DNA of 64,000 bases from Bryobacterales bacterium. GTDB lineage: Bacteria > Acidobacteriota > Terriglobia > Bryobacterales > UBA6623. Both the position numbers and the translations under genes were made by a program. The notes beneath the pieces are model-generated. The model saw only the letters and a list, made by a program, of their open reading frames with translations, made no database searches and had not been told where the DNA came from. The stretch is taken from positions 14,541 to 78,540 of the forward strand of contig JAPPMG010000054.1 in the NCBI GenBank assembly GCA_028819215.1, read 5' to 3'. This document shows positions 18,992 through 28,212 of the stretch, piece after piece. The first letter of the stretch is position 1, and each line of letters begins with the position of its first letter.

Positions 18992-21862
18992 ATGTGTCGC
19001 GAATGGTACTCGGATCGCTTGCGGTCTCGCTCGCTCCGCGCCTCCGTCCTGGCTGTGACCGGCCTAGTCGCCGTAGCGGCGGTACAAGCACAGCCGTTCT
19101 CGGTTCGCGTGGCGTTCGGCTATGGTGACGACCCGCCCAACCGCTGGGCGGGCTCGATCGGTACGAACGGTGCCAGAATCGACGAACTCGGCGGCTGGCT
19201 CTTCGCGGGCGAGGATCGTATCGAGCTGGGTACTTTCGAGCTCGTCACAAGGCATCCGACACGGCCGGAGACCACCCCAAAAGGGTTGGTCGTGCGTGGC
19301 TCCGCGGATCCGGGCGCACGCCTCGACGTCTCGAGCCAGCACGGCGATTTTTCCTTCCGCCTAGACGAAGTCTCGGCTGGTGACGAGCTTGTGTTCCTTG
19401 ACGGCTGGGTCCGTGTCTCCGGCTTGCTCGGCGCTGAGAAGCTAACAGACGACTTGCGCTTCGACGACTTCCCGTCGGTGGCCGTTGCTGCCAACGGCGC
19501 CGCGTGGCTTGTCTGGCAATCCTACAGCGGCGGACGGGACGAGGTTCGTATTCGCAAGTTCGACCAGTCCTGGCGCACGTTCAGTCGCGTGCCGGGAGTG
19601 ACGGGCGACGTTTGGCGCCCGCAAGTCGCACTCGCCGCTGGCGGACGGCCGTGGGTCGTGTGGTCGCAGCAGAGCAACGGCAACTTCGATCTGTACGCGC
19701 GCGAACTGGACGAAGCGACGGGCAGGTGGGGTGATCTGGTCCGGTTGAGTTCGCATCCAAGCCAGGACATCGAACATCACCTTGTCGCAGACTCGCGTGG
19801 ATGGCTGTGGGTGGTTTGGCAAGGGTTCCGCGCCGGCAACGCGGACATCTTCCTGCGGTTCCACGACGGTTCGCAATGGTCGCCCGAAATCCAGGTCAGC
19901 GATCACCCGGCAAACGATTGGGAGCCCCGGGTCGCGATTGACCAGCAGGGGTCGGCCGTCGTGGTGTGGGATAGCTACCGCAACGGAAACTACGATGTTT
20001 TCCTTCGCCGCTTTGCTGGCGGAGAGCTCGGCCCGCTCGTGCCTGTCGCCACGACCGCGAAGTTCGAGGCACACGCCTCCGTAGCAGTCGATCTGGATGG
20101 GCGGGTCTGGGTGGCTTGGGATGAGGGCGCTGCAAACTGGGGAAAGGATTCCGGTCCGACGACTGATCCCGGTTGGATCGCAAGAGGACGCGAACTTTGG
20201 ACCACATGGATCAACGAGCCCTCGTCTCCGGGGGCGCGCCTGTACGAGTCTCGCAATCTCAACCTGGCCGTCTTCGAAGGCGGGCGAAGGATGGTGCCGC
20301 GCTCGAATCTTGTTGACACGCTGGATGGAGCTGGAATCCCTGATCACGACTTCCCCCAACTACATGTCGACCCGGCAAGCGGCCGGGTTGCCCTGCTGTT
20401 CCATCGCTGGAATCATGTCCGCTGGACGGAGAGCCTCGGCTTCCGGCCAACGTACTGGGAACACGCCGTCGTCTTCTTCGACGGGGATCGCTGGTCCCCA
20501 GTCCGCACGATGCCCGAGAGCTGGGGTCGAATCTCCGCGCGAGCCGATGCGGCATTCGGCCCGGACGGGAGCCTGACTGTCGTCTGGCCGACCGACGGGC
20601 GGCTTGAACAACGCCCGGTTCGAGACGTCCGGGCAAACATTCTGGCCGGACGTCTGGGACCTGGCGACGGTCCAGTCTCGTTGAATCTCGTTCCCAGCGC
20701 TCCAGACGATCCGACCCCGGTTGCGTCGGTTCATCCCCGCGAGAGCGCGGAGGTCGCCGCGATCCGAGCCTACCGGACATCCATTCGCGGCGCCGAGAAC
20801 CGGATCGTGCGTGGCGATCTTCATCGCCACACCGAGTTCTCGTGGGACTCGAGCGGAGGCATGGTGGACGGATCTGTGTTTGACTTCTATCGCTACATGC
20901 TCGATGCCGCAGCGATGGATTTCGGGGCGGTGACCGACCACAACTCGGGCGGCGACAGCGAGTACTGGTGGTGGCTTATCGAGAAGACCTCCGATCTCTT
21001 CCATGTCGGGCCGGCGTTCACAACGTTCTACGCGTACGAGCGAAGCGTCCCCTACCCCAACGGGCATCGCAACATCTTTCACACGCGGCGAGGCGTGCCG
21101 GTCGTCTCGTTCCACACCAAGGCCGACTTTGATCGTCCCCGCCCAACAATCGCTGCCGGGCGTGACACTGTGCTTGAGAACGATACAAAGTTGCTCTACG
21201 AATCGCTGCGACGCTCGGGCGGGATCTCCGTGCCCCACACCACCGGATCCAGCATGGGGACAGACTGGCGGGACAACGACCCCGAGGTCGAGCCGGTGGT
21301 TGAGGTCTTCCAGGGCGACCGCGTCTCGTACGAACACCCTGGAGGACCCCGTGCGCCCCGCTCCGCCGCCGACAACCCGATCGGGGGCTACCAGGAGGAC
21401 GGATTTCTCTGGAACGCGTATCGCAAGGGCTACAGGCTGGGAACGATCGCCAGTTCCGATCACTGGTCCACGCACATCTCGTACGCGATGGTCTACGCGG
21501 AGGCTCCGACTCGAGCCGCCATTTTCGATGCGATCAAGCAGCGGCGCACGTACGGTGCCACCGACAACATCATCTTGGAATACCGACTGGGCGAGCACTT
21601 CATGGGGGATGCGTTCGCCTCCAAATCCATCCCTCCACTGCAGATCCGCGTCGAGGGGACTGGCACCGTCGCTCTAGTCGAAGTGATCCGCAACGAGCGG
21701 GTCGTCTATTCGACTCGCCCCAACCGGCCTGACGTCAGTGTCGTCTACACCGACAATGATCCACTTCCGGCCAGGGCTTACTACTACGTTCGCGTCGTTC
21801 AGGACGACGGGGAAATCGCGTGGGGAAGCCCCATCTGGGTGGAGCGGCTGGAGTCACCCTAG
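18992..21862 (+). CDS. secreted beta-propeller repeat protein fused to a PHP/DUF3604-like metal-dependent hydrolase domain
   Basis: 956-aa ORF with a signal-like N-terminus (LRASVLAVTGLVAVAAVQAQ). It has five repeats spaced about 50-60 aa apart: WLVWQSYSGGRDEVRIRKF, WVVWSQQSNGNFDLYAREL, WVVWQGFRAGNADIFLRFH, VVVWDSYRNGNYDVFLRRF and VWVAWDEGAANWGKD. The C-terminal half carries RGDLHRHTEFSWDSSGG, GAVTDHNSGGD and SSDHWSTH, which are PHP-type metal ligand motifs. Confidence 0.75.
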   Translation: MCREWYSDRLRSRSLRASVLAVTGLVAVAAVQAQPFSVRVAFGYGDDPPNRWAGSIGTNGARIDELGGWLFAGEDRIELGTFELVTRHPTRPETTPKGLVVRGSADPGARLDVSSQHGDFSFRLDEVSAGDELVFLDGWVRVSGLLGAEKLTDDLRFDDFPSVAVAANGAAWLVWQSYSGGRDEVRIRKFDQSWRTFSRVPGVTGDVWRPQVALAAGGRPWVVWSQQSNGNFDLYARELDEATGRWGDLVRLSSHPSQDIEHHLVADSRGWLWVVWQGFRAGNADIFLRFHDGSQWSPEIQVSDHPANDWEPRVAIDQQGSAVVVWDSYRNGNYDVFLRRFAGGELGPLVPVATTAKFEAHASVAVDLDGRVWVAWDEGAANWGKDSGPTTDPGWIARGRELWTTWINEPSSPGARLYESRNLNLAVFEGGRRMVPRSNLVDTLDGAGIPDHDFPQLHVDPASGRVALLFHRWNHVRWTESLGFRPTYWEHAVVFFDGDRWSPVRTMPESWGRISARADAAFGPDGSLTVVWPTDGRLEQRPVRDVRANILAGRLGPGDGPVSLNLVPSAPDDPTPVASVHPRESAEVAAIRAYRTSIRGAENRIVRGDLHRHTEFSWDSSGGMVDGSVFDFYRYMLDAAAMDFGAVTDHNSGGDSEYWWWLIEKTSDLFHVGPAFTTFYAYERSVPYPNGHRNIFHTRRGVPVVSFHTKADFDRPRPTIAAGRDTVLENDTKLLYESLRRSGGISVPHTTGSSMGTDWRDNDPEVEPVVEVFQGDRVSYEHPGGPRAPRSAADNPIGGYQEDGFLWNAYRKGYRLGTIASSDHWSTHISYAMVYAEAPTRAAIFDAIKQRRTYGATDNIILEYRLGEHFMGDAFASKSIPPLQIRVEGTGTVALVEVIRNERVVYSTRPNRPDVSVVYTDNDPLPARAYYYVRVVQDDGEIAWGSPIWVERLESP

Positions 21863-23046
21863 GCGGGGGCGCCCGTGTGTCGAGATCCGGAAAGCCGGCG
21901 AGTACGTGGATCGCGCAATCTTGCAGCTAGGAGTCGCTCCGTGCACAGCAGCGCGATCCTGCGATAGAGACCTACGGACTAACTGGTGGCTACTACTTTG
22001 GGAACAGGGCGCAGGTGTTGAAAGGCGGGGAATGGACTCCGCAGATCGCGGGGGCATCTTGGTGCCCGTCCGGCGGCAGTGGGCAGTGATGGTTGATGGG
22101 ATCACCAGTCATCTAGAGGTCACTGAAGGCGTACACCGTCCATACACGGACCATCCATTCTCTGAGTTCTATCGAGTGAATCCCGGGGTTCAGAACAACG
22201 ACGTCCCGACACAAAGACTGATTGCGGTCTTGCCATCTGTCGTCAGGTTGTGGGGAGGGACCGATTCTCCCTTCATGCCAGTGGCGGTCTTGGATTTGAG
22301 CGCCAGAGTCAGTTCATCCGGTACCAACCGTTCTTGTACAGGAAGACCTAGACGGAAGCAGTGTCCTTGTTCGCTCTGAAGAATTCGTCGAATCCAGGGA
22401 CAGGGTATCGACTACACCCCTAATCGTTCGCGCGGGCATTCTTGCGAACCTCGCTCCACGCATTGTCGTGCGCGGGGGATAGTCGCACGTTATCGGTTAC
22501 TTCGAAACGGGCGCTTCCCGATCCCTCGAAGTGGGTATCCGATATCGTTTCTAGCAATTCTTCGCGATTGCGCTTGGATGCCTGTCCACTCATGTCGCGT
22601 CGAAAGTTGCCGAATACATGTGCGTGGTGTCAAGGGGCCGTCATGAGTTGCCCAAGCGGCCCGGATCGTCTTCGAACTGGCCAGCAGCCTGAGATTGCCT
22701 CGTTCTTCCTGCCGACTGAGCGCGTCCTTAGCGTTAAGCTCTCTAGCAGTTGAGTGTGTTGGGCAGGTTCTGGAGGCTCTCCAGCAGCATCTGCGGATCA
22801 GAGCCTCCTCCGATGGTTCATCGTCGAACAACAGCCGTGCAGACCACACGCTGACCTGAATCGGCACCCCGACCTAGAGCAACTCTAGACCGTTACGGGA
22901 TGCGCAAGGGCAGTGAAGGAGATGCCTGAGCGGATGGTCGCCGACCGCAAGGAAAGTTGTGAGATGGGAGGGCTGATCGGTGCTTTGGCAGGAAGATTAC
23001 TATTTCACTATGATAACGTGATGAATAATGCTACTTTATTAGTGGA

Positions 23047-23847
23047 ATGTCTGCAAATGCTGCACCGCGCGCCCGCGACGTCATCGCAGACCTAGCTGCC
23101 CGCGGCCAGTATAGCTTTGCCTCGTCTGAGTTTCGCTCGGCACTTGGCGTCTCCGAGCAGGCAGCACGTCAGGCGCTGAGCCGCGTCGCAGCCAAAGGGG
23201 AGATCGCAAGTCCGGCGCGAGGCTTCTACGTCATCGTGCCACCCGAGTACAGGCGGCTTGGCTGCCTGCCGGCTGACCAGTTCCTTCCGGCTCTCATGGA
23301 GCACCGGAGGGCCCGCTACTATGTCGGATTGCTCTCGGCCGCGCAATACCACGGAGCTGCCCATCATCGCCCGCAGGAGTTCCAGGTGATGTTGGGGACG
23401 AACAGGCCGATGATCGTCTGTGGTTCCGTCAGGGTCGCCTTCGTCGCGCGCAGAGAACTCGCCGCCGTGCCAGTGGAGAGCTTCAATAATCCACGCGGAA
23501 CGATTCTGGTCTCGACCGTAGAGGCGACGGCAGTCGATCTGGTCGGATACATGCATCGCGCCGGAGGTGTGGACCGAGTGGCGGGCGTGCTTTCCGAGCT
23601 TGGCGAGAATATGGATCCGGAGCGCCTCGCCGATGCTTCTGAATCTGCGTCGATCCTCTGGGTGCAGCGCCTGGGCTATCTGCTCGAGCGTGTCGGTGCT
23701 GGCGATAGGGCCGTTCTTCTCAAGGAGCATGTACGGCGGCGCGCGAGAAACTACACGAAACTCGTGCCCAGCGTGCGTGCTGACGGTGCGCCGCGCTCGC
23801 ACGACTGGCGTCTGTTCGTGAATGTAGGCGTAGAGGCGGACGTGTGA
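23047..23847 (+). CDS. abiEi: type IV toxin-antitoxin system antitoxin, AbiEi family
   Basis: 266-aa ORF. The N-terminal wHTH-like region reads FASSEFRSALGVSEQAARQALSRVAAKGEIASPARGFYVIVPPEY. Its stop overlaps the GTG start of the AbiEii gene (GTGA at 23844..23847). Confidence 0.85.
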   Translation: MSANAAPRARDVIADLAARGQYSFASSEFRSALGVSEQAARQALSRVAAKGEIASPARGFYVIVPPEYRRLGCLPADQFLPALMEHRRARYYVGLLSAAQYHGAAHHRPQEFQVMLGTNRPMIVCGSVRVAFVARRELAAVPVESFNNPRGTILVSTVEATAVDLVGYMHRAGGVDRVAGVLSELGENMDPERLADASESASILWVQRLGYLLERVGAGDRAVLLKEHVRRRARNYTKLVPSVRADGAPRSHDWRLFVNVGVEADV

Positions 23848-24674
23848 TCCCGCGGGACTACATCACCCAATGGCGGGAGCGGGCTCCGTGGAGCGAGGAC
23901 TTCCAGGTCGAGCAGGACCTGATCATCAGCCGCGCCTTGGTCGAGATGTTCTCCGATCCGGCTCTTGCTACAGCGCTTGCCTTCCGGGGAGGTACGGCGC
24001 TATACAAGCTCTACCTGACGCCGCCCGCCCGCTATTCCGAGGACATCGATCTCGTGCAGGTCGCGCCAGGGCCTGCTGGTACCTTGATGGACGGCCTGCG
24101 AGACGTCCTCGATCCTTGGCTCGGCGAAGCGCGATGGAAGCAGTCTCAAGGCCGGGTGACGTTCGGCTACCGGTTTCTGTCCGAGGACGTGCCGGCGATG
24201 AGGCTACGTCTCAAAGTCGAGATCAATACTCGTGAACACTTTGCGGTATTGGGCTTCACCAAACGCTCGTTCTCGGTCGATTCGCGGTGGTACTCCGGAA
24301 TGGCGAATATCACGACCTTCGAACTCGATGAATTGTTGGCAACGAAGCTGAGGGCGCTCTATCAGCGTCGCAAGGGCCGGGATCTCTTCGACCTAGCGAC
24401 GGGACTTGCCGATAAGCGAATCGATGCCGGACGGATCGCGGCGGCGTTTGGCGCGCACATGGAGCGTGAGGGCGATCCGGTGACCCGCGCGATGTTCGAA
24501 AGGAATCTCGCGGGCAAGGTGGGCGATGCTCAGTTCAATGCTGACATGAGCGCGCTTCTTAGGACGGGCTTCCAGTGGCGTGCGACCGAAGCGGCGCGGA
24601 CAGTATCCGAGCGGCTCATTGCGCTACTCCCGGGCGAGCCATGGAAGGGACGACCGGGGCGTGGGTCGGCGTAG
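23844..24674 (+). CDS. abiEii: nucleotidyltransferase toxin, AbiEii/AbiGii (DUF1814) family
   Basis: 276-aa ORF. AFRGGTALYKLYLTPPARYSEDIDLV is the AbiEii NTase core (GG..L.K....RYSEDID), with KVEINTREH downstream. Confidence 0.88.
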   Translation: MIPRDYITQWRERAPWSEDFQVEQDLIISRALVEMFSDPALATALAFRGGTALYKLYLTPPARYSEDIDLVQVAPGPAGTLMDGLRDVLDPWLGEARWKQSQGRVTFGYRFLSEDVPAMRLRLKVEINTREHFAVLGFTKRSFSVDSRWYSGMANITTFELDELLATKLRALYQRRKGRDLFDLATGLADKRIDAGRIAAAFGAHMEREGDPVTRAMFERNLAGKVGDAQFNADMSALLRTGFQWRATEAARTVSERLIALLPGEPWKGRPGRGSA

Positions 24675-24718
24675 GGCCTTGTACTGGTTCCATTGCCGTT
24701 CGCTTGGCTGCCCTTGCA

Positions 24719-24756
24719 CTTCTACAGGAAATAGGGGTAGCATAGACCTGTAGAAG
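24719..24756. promoter_or_regulatory. candidate PadR operator: CTTCTACAGG-N18-CCTGTAGAAG
   Basis: Perfect 10-bp inverted arms (24719..24728 and 24747..24756) lie 15-52 bp upstream of the PadR TTG start. The arms are identical at the paralogous site 28213..28250, while the spacer differs at 3 positions. Confidence 0.5.
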
Positions 24757-24770
24757 CGAAAGGGGACCTC

Positions 24771-25097
24771 TTGTCGAGCATCGACCTTCCGCAGGGCACT
24801 CTGGACCTGCTGATTCTCAAGACCCTCAACCTCGAGCCCCAGCATGGCTGGGGGATCTCGGAACGTATCCGACAGATCTCACACGAGGTTCTCCATGTCC
24901 AACAGGGATCGCTGTATCCAGCGCTGCATCGGCTGGAACGACGAGGGTGGATTCGAGCGACATGGGGCGTATCTGACAACAATCGGCGCGCCAAGTACTA
25001 CGAGCTCACGCCCGAAGGGCGGAGGCAACTGGAAGATGCATCCGCCTCATGGCAGAAGCTGTCCGCCGCCGTGCAGATCATTCTTGACACGGCCTAG
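24771..25097 (+). CDS. PadR-family transcriptional regulator (Acidobacterial ADOP-associated type)
   Basis: 108-aa ORF with a TTG start after AAAGGGGA. QGTLDLLILKTLNLEPQHGWGISERIRQISHEVLHVQQGSLYPALHRLERRGWI is the PadR wHTH. It sits immediately upstream of the permease. Confidence 0.88.
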   Translation: MSSIDLPQGTLDLLILKTLNLEPQHGWGISERIRQISHEVLHVQQGSLYPALHRLERRGWIRATWGVSDNNRRAKYYELTPEGRRQLEDASASWQKLSAAVQIILDTA

Positions 25098-25109
25098 CCG
25101 GAGGAGACG

Positions 25110-27782
25110 TTGCTCGGAGACCTGCTTTATCGAGGGCGTGCGCTATTCCGGCGCAAGGTCGTGGAGGACGATCTCGACGCAGAGTTGCAATTCCACCTGG
25201 ACAGACTGACGGAGCAGCATGTCCGCGCCGGAAAAACGCCAGACGAAGCCCGGCGGCTCTCGAGGATAGCTCTCGGCGGCGTTTCTCAGATCAAGGAGCA
25301 GTGCCGCGAGTCTTGGGGAGTGGGCTGGATTCACGCTGTGGCCAAGGATCTCGGCTACGCCTTGGTGCGCGTGCGGAGATACCCTCGGTCAGCAGCCATG
25401 ATCGAGGGCAGTCTGGCGCTCGGAATCGGAATGAGTGTCGCCATGTTTTCGCTGGTGGACGCGGTTCTGTTGCGCCCCCTGCCGTTCCCGAACCAAGACT
25501 CGATTTATGTGATCCAGAAGGCAGATCCTCTCGCGGGAGCCCACGTCGAGGAGCTCGCATACCCAGAGTTGGTTGATCTTCAGGAGAGCATCCCGGGGTT
25601 CGAGTATGTGGCTGTCACCCCGACCTCCCTCTACGGCTATGCCAGGGTGCTGGAGACCGGGACGGCCGATCCGGTCCAACTCGAAGCCTCACCCGTATCG
25701 CACGACTTCTTCCGTGTTCTCGGTGTTACCCCCCGCCTGGGTCGGGGGTTCACCGATTCCGACGAACGGGTTGGCGCCCCGCCGGTCGTTGTGATTTCGG
25801 ATCGCACATGGCGTGAACATCTGGGCGCGGATCCCGGAATCATCGGTCGGACCGTGCGCTTGAACGGCCAGGGCCACAGCGTGATCGGCGTCATGGCGCC
25901 TGGCGTCGAGTTTCCGCGGGGAGCTGCCCTTTGGGTTCCGCTGGGGATCGAACAGCGCGTCGTCGAGCGTCGCGGCGCGACGTTCCTGCAAGCGGTGGCG
26001 CGCTCCAAACCCGGCTATCCACGTCAACAGGTCGATCGGGACGTGAGCGCTCTCTTCACGCGACTCGCGAATGAGTACCCGGAATCGTATTCGAGCTCGC
26101 AGCGGGGAGTGGTAACACCGCTGGTCAACTATTGGACCGGATCGGCAAGGATTCACTTGTGGATCGTCCTCGGGGCCTCTCTACTCTTGCTGACCGCGTC
26201 CGCGATCAGCTCGGGGGGACTGCTGCTCTCACGCGCGGTGTCACGTCGTTCCGAGATTGCCACGCATCTCGCGCTAGGAGCTCCGCCGAGGCGAATCTTT
26301 ACGCGGATGGCCGCCGAGGGTGCAGTCGCGGGAGTCATCGCCGCAATCGCCGGACTTGGTATCGCGTACTTAGTGATTCACTCCTTGGTGAAATGGCCTC
26401 CAGCCGATATTCCGCGACTGTCCGAAGCGTCGTTGGATCTGAATTCCTTTTGTTTCGCTGTCGGAGCGGCAGCCTTTGTCGCTGTAGTGTGCTCGCTTGC
26501 GCCTGGATGGGCTCTCTCGAGAATGCGCCTCGAATCCGCAATCAGGGAAGGCGATCCTCGATCTTCGGTGTCGCACCGCGCCAATCGGTCGCGCGGCCTA
26601 TTCGTTCTTGCTCAGTCTGCGGTGACGTTTGTGCTGTTGGCAACGGCCGTCCTGCTCGTGCTGAGCTATCGCTCCGTGGCACTCGTTGAGACCGGTCTCG
26701 CGAATCGCGACGCACTAACTATGGATGTATCGCTGCGAGGTCCGGGCTTGTTTCCGTCCCAAGCCTTCGATCCGGTTACAACCGACGCATTCTACTCGCG
26801 CCTCTTGCAACGGTTGCGGGAGGAGCCAGGCGTCACCTCGGCGGGCGCAATTCTGCTGCGGCCACTTGCAGGCCCTATCGGATGGGATATCCCCTACGAG
26901 TTCGAGTTCGAGGCGGGCAGTTGGGATGGCAAGCAGCGTCCGAAGGCGAACTACGAGGTCGTGACCGCCGACTACTTCGAGACCGTTGGATCGCCGTTGC
27001 TGCAAGGGCGGGACTTCGACAGTCGCGATTCGCAGGAAGCGGAACCGGTCGCAATTATCAGCGAGACCCTCGCCGACCGAGTTCGATCCGCTGGTCACAC
27101 GCCGCTTGGCCATCGCGTCAGGCTCGCGATCCGCTGGAGTCCAGGGTGGATGCGCGTGGTGGGCATCTCCGGAGATGCCCGCTATCGATCCGGCACTCAC
27201 TCGGGCGCGCATATCTTCGTGCCAATTCTACAGGCAGGGCAAGCGACTCGACATGTCGTCATCCGCGGACCTCGACCCCGCCAAGAACTTTCGGAGCTGG
27301 TACAGCGCTTGGTGAGGGAGATCGATCCCAGCCAGAATGCGGGCGACCCGCTCACGATCGGTGAACTGATCGATAGGGACACTGCGCGACATCGATTCAA
27401 TGTGATCATGCTGCTGTGGTTCGGTGCCTGTGCAGTGTTCCTTGCCGTAACTGCGGTCTATAGCGTGATCGCTGAGACGATGGCGGCCCGCCGGACTGAG
27501 GTAGCGATCAAGTCAGCGCTGGGTGCGCAGCGAAACCAAGTTGTGCGCGACTTGGTCGTGCGAACGATACGTTTTGCTGTTTTGGGTCTCGCGGTCGGCA
27601 CCGCAGCTGTGTCCGTGTTGGGCACACTGGGTCCGGATGTGTTTCGCGGCACTTCCGCACGCGATCCGATTGTCTTGATCCCAGTCGCGGCCTTCCTCTT
27701 CGTCGTTTCTCTGGGCGCAGCTGTCTGGCCAGCTTGGCACGCAACGCGAGACAATCGCCGGACTTTGCTTCGTGAGAGCTAG
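25110..27782 (+). CDS. duplicated FtsX/MacB-type permease, ADOP family (copy 1)
   Basis: 890-aa ORF with a TTG start after GGAGGAG. Its architecture is an N-terminal amphipathic cytoplasmic segment, a TM segment, a MacB-like periplasmic domain and an FtsX 4-TM bundle, and then that same arrangement again. There is no ATPase domain. Confidence 0.88.
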   Translation: MLGDLLYRGRALFRRKVVEDDLDAELQFHLDRLTEQHVRAGKTPDEARRLSRIALGGVSQIKEQCRESWGVGWIHAVAKDLGYALVRVRRYPRSAAMIEGSLALGIGMSVAMFSLVDAVLLRPLPFPNQDSIYVIQKADPLAGAHVEELAYPELVDLQESIPGFEYVAVTPTSLYGYARVLETGTADPVQLEASPVSHDFFRVLGVTPRLGRGFTDSDERVGAPPVVVISDRTWREHLGADPGIIGRTVRLNGQGHSVIGVMAPGVEFPRGAALWVPLGIEQRVVERRGATFLQAVARSKPGYPRQQVDRDVSALFTRLANEYPESYSSSQRGVVTPLVNYWTGSARIHLWIVLGASLLLLTASAISSGGLLLSRAVSRRSEIATHLALGAPPRRIFTRMAAEGAVAGVIAAIAGLGIAYLVIHSLVKWPPADIPRLSEASLDLNSFCFAVGAAAFVAVVCSLAPGWALSRMRLESAIREGDPRSSVSHRANRSRGLFVLAQSAVTFVLLATAVLLVLSYRSVALVETGLANRDALTMDVSLRGPGLFPSQAFDPVTTDAFYSRLLQRLREEPGVTSAGAILLRPLAGPIGWDIPYEFEFEAGSWDGKQRPKANYEVVTADYFETVGSPLLQGRDFDSRDSQEAEPVAIISETLADRVRSAGHTPLGHRVRLAIRWSPGWMRVVGISGDARYRSGTHSGAHIFVPILQAGQATRHVVIRGPRPRQELSELVQRLVREIDPSQNAGDPLTIGELIDRDTARHRFNVIMLLWFGACAVFLAVTAVYSVIAETMAARRTEVAIKSALGAQRNQVVRDLVVRTIRFAVLGLAVGTAAVSVLGTLGPDVFRGTSARDPIVLIPVAAFLFVVSLGAAVWPAWHATRDNRRTLLRES

Positions 27783-27980
27783 CTATCTGCAGTGCGCCAG
27801 CGTTCGAATCGCCATCGCCCCGGATTGGAACCCTTGCTGATGGCCTATCTGTCCCGTTGGTACGACTGCCCGCCCCCGGGCCTGCGGCTGGCCGTACGTT
27901 CGCAGGTCGATCCCGACCCGCATACTGATTCGGTGGGCAGGTCTGACCATGGCATCGGCACGGAAGCCCTCATTGGAGCC

Positions 27981-28183
27981 CTTGAGCATGTTGGCGCTGG
28001 CGATAGGGCCGTTCTTCTCAAGGAGCATGTGCGCCGGCGCGCGAGGAACTACACAAAGCTCCTTCCCAGCGCGTGTGCTGAGGGTGCTCCGCGTTCGAGG
28101 GACTGGCGTCTGTTAGCGAATGCAGCCGTGGAGCCGGACAAGTGATCCCACGGGACTACATCACCCTATGGCGGGAGCGGGTT
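27981..28183 (+). pseudogene. AbiEi 3'-terminal remnant (about 55 codons, frame and stop intact) plus the first about 14 codons of AbiEii, truncated by deletion
   Basis: LEHVGAGDRAVLLKEHVRRRARNYTKLLPSACAEGAPRSRDWRLLANAAVEPDK* aligns with the AbiEi C-terminus LERVGAGDRAVLLKEHVRRRARNYTKLVPSVRADGAPRSHDWRLFVNVGVEADV*. The GTGA overlap is retained at 28142..28145. After GGCGGGAGCGGG the sequence jumps to the PadR leader. It lies within track ORF 27792..28145. Confidence 0.75.
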
Positions 28184-28212
28184 CCATTGCCGTTCGCTTG
28201 GCTGCCCTTGCA

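Noticed and set aside
19442-21598. Long antisense ORFs 19442..20359(-) of 305 aa and 20360..21598(-) of 412 aa.
   Set aside because: They lie opposite the 956-aa gene, are Arg/Pro/Gly-rich and lack motifs. These are typical high-GC shadow ORFs. The same applies to 3092..3925(-), 5083..5745(-), 39171..39956(-), 48370..49317(-), 60282..61118(+) and 16897..17763(-).
22032-22867. ORFs 21738..22379(+), 22442..22753(+) and 22490..22867(-) in the scar upstream of abiE.
   Set aside because: They have no motifs and poor start contexts, and they overlap each other. The region is treated as degraded sequence, as described in the corresponding finding.
27792-28145. 117-aa track ORF, and the related 96-aa ORF 31283..31573, as bona fide genes downstream of each permease.
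   Set aside because: The first is a chimera of the diverged post-permease tail read in-frame into the AbiEi 3' remnant. The tails are about 70 percent identical, and both the plus and minus frames stay open, as expected for high-GC non-coding DNA. I kept it as a pseudogene or possible peptide in the findings, not as a gene call.
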